DNA of 64,000 nucleotides from Eledone cirrhosa. Taxonomy: Eukaryota. Of the stretch, positions 62,721 through 64,000 are shown piece after piece. Each line of letters starts with the position of its first letter. Position 1 is the first letter of the stretch. The stretch spans positions 72,974,001 to 73,038,000 of the forward strand of contig OZ024740.1 of NCBI GenBank assembly GCA_964016885.1, in the 5' to 3' direction. The notes below the pieces were generated by a model. That model had not been told where the DNA came from. It saw only the letters and a program-made list of their open reading frames with translations, and ran no database searches. A program made the position numbers and the translations under genes.

Positions 62721-62890
62721 AAGAAGTGAAACAGATAACGACAACGATGAAGATGGAGGGAAGAGTTAGATAAATTTTACAAACATTTGGAGATTCTGAT
62801 TTTACAAACATTGGAGATCAGAAACACAAAGAAAAATAATACAAAATGGAGCAGGACTGTCATGGCTGATTTGACTGATTAATACACAGA

Positions 62891-63003
<113 letters not shown>

Positions 63004-63199
63004 ACACACACACATACACAAATATATATACATGTGTGTGTGTGTGTCTGTGTGTGTGTGTGTGTGATGTGTGTTTGTGTGTGCATTTTGTCAGACGAGA
63101 GCATGTTTTGAATTATGTTATACAAAAGCCTTGCATCTTCGAAATACGTATAATCAAATAAATAGAGATGATCTAAAGTAACTATCTTTCGTTTATTTA

Positions 63200-63455
63200 C
63201 CAGTAATGTACTGGGGTAATTGCTGGCCTTGTGCCAATAGTAGAAACAATTATTATATATGTATTGGATTGGCAGTATTGGTAGAGGGGTCGAACGCCAT
63301 GCTTTGACGCATAGAGTTACGTCCCTTGCCATTCTGTGTTCAACTCCCGCCGAGGTTAACTTTGCCTTTTTATCCTTACGGGGTCGATAAAATAAAGTAC
63401 CAGTTATGCACTGGGCAATTGCTGGCCTTGTGCCAAAATTAGAAACAATTATTAT
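63200..63455 (+). mobile_element. SINE family A (63265-63455) preceded by a second 3' fragment
   Basis: Same consensus as 57596-57790. Confidence 0.88.
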
Positions 63456-63503
63456 ATATGTATATATACATACATACATACATATAAATATATATATACA
63501 TAC

Positions 63504-63571
<68 letters not shown>

Positions 63572-63594
63572 GTATGTGTGTGTGTGTGTGTGTA

Positions 63595-63646
<52 letters not shown>

Positions 63647-63665
63647 TATACATATATATACATAC

Positions 63666-63707
<42 letters not shown>

Positions 63708-63730
63708 ATATATGTATATATATATGTATA

Positions 63731-63830
<100 letters not shown>

Positions 63831-64000
63831 CATATATATATATATATATAAATATGATTTAAATTCAAAAACCAAAGGCTGGAATTAATCCGTCACTCTA
63901 ACGATTCCATCCATTCAACTTACATTGACACCAGTTACCACCAACACAGGTAAAAATTTCTTTATGGAACTGAGAAGCTGACCTTTCATTTTAGAACTAC

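Overview
This is AT-rich eukaryotic DNA saturated with (TA)n, (CA)n, (TATG)n and (GA)n microsatellites. The repeat style and SINE sequences suggest a coleoid cephalopod such as Octopus (inference). I found no convincing host protein-coding gene; almost every ORF in the track is a microsatellite artefact. Recognisable mobile DNA includes RTE, Tx1/L1-like and R4/Dong-like LINE fragments, two tRNA-derived SINE families, a Tc1/mariner relic, a pogo/Tc2-like MITE, a hAT-like MITE pair and a deleted Helitron. The main unexplained signal is roughly 30 type-I hammerhead-ribozyme (HHR) motifs, about 20 with an intact CUGANGA/GAAA core. They belong to many unrelated non-coding families wedged between microsatellites. 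They occur as near-identical tandem arrays (3x310 bp and 3x~561 bp), partial tandems, and head-to-head fold-back palindromes. This resembles Penelope-like pseudo-LTRs or retrozymes, yet no Penelope ORF is visible here. All structures were read by eye and ribozyme activity is untested.
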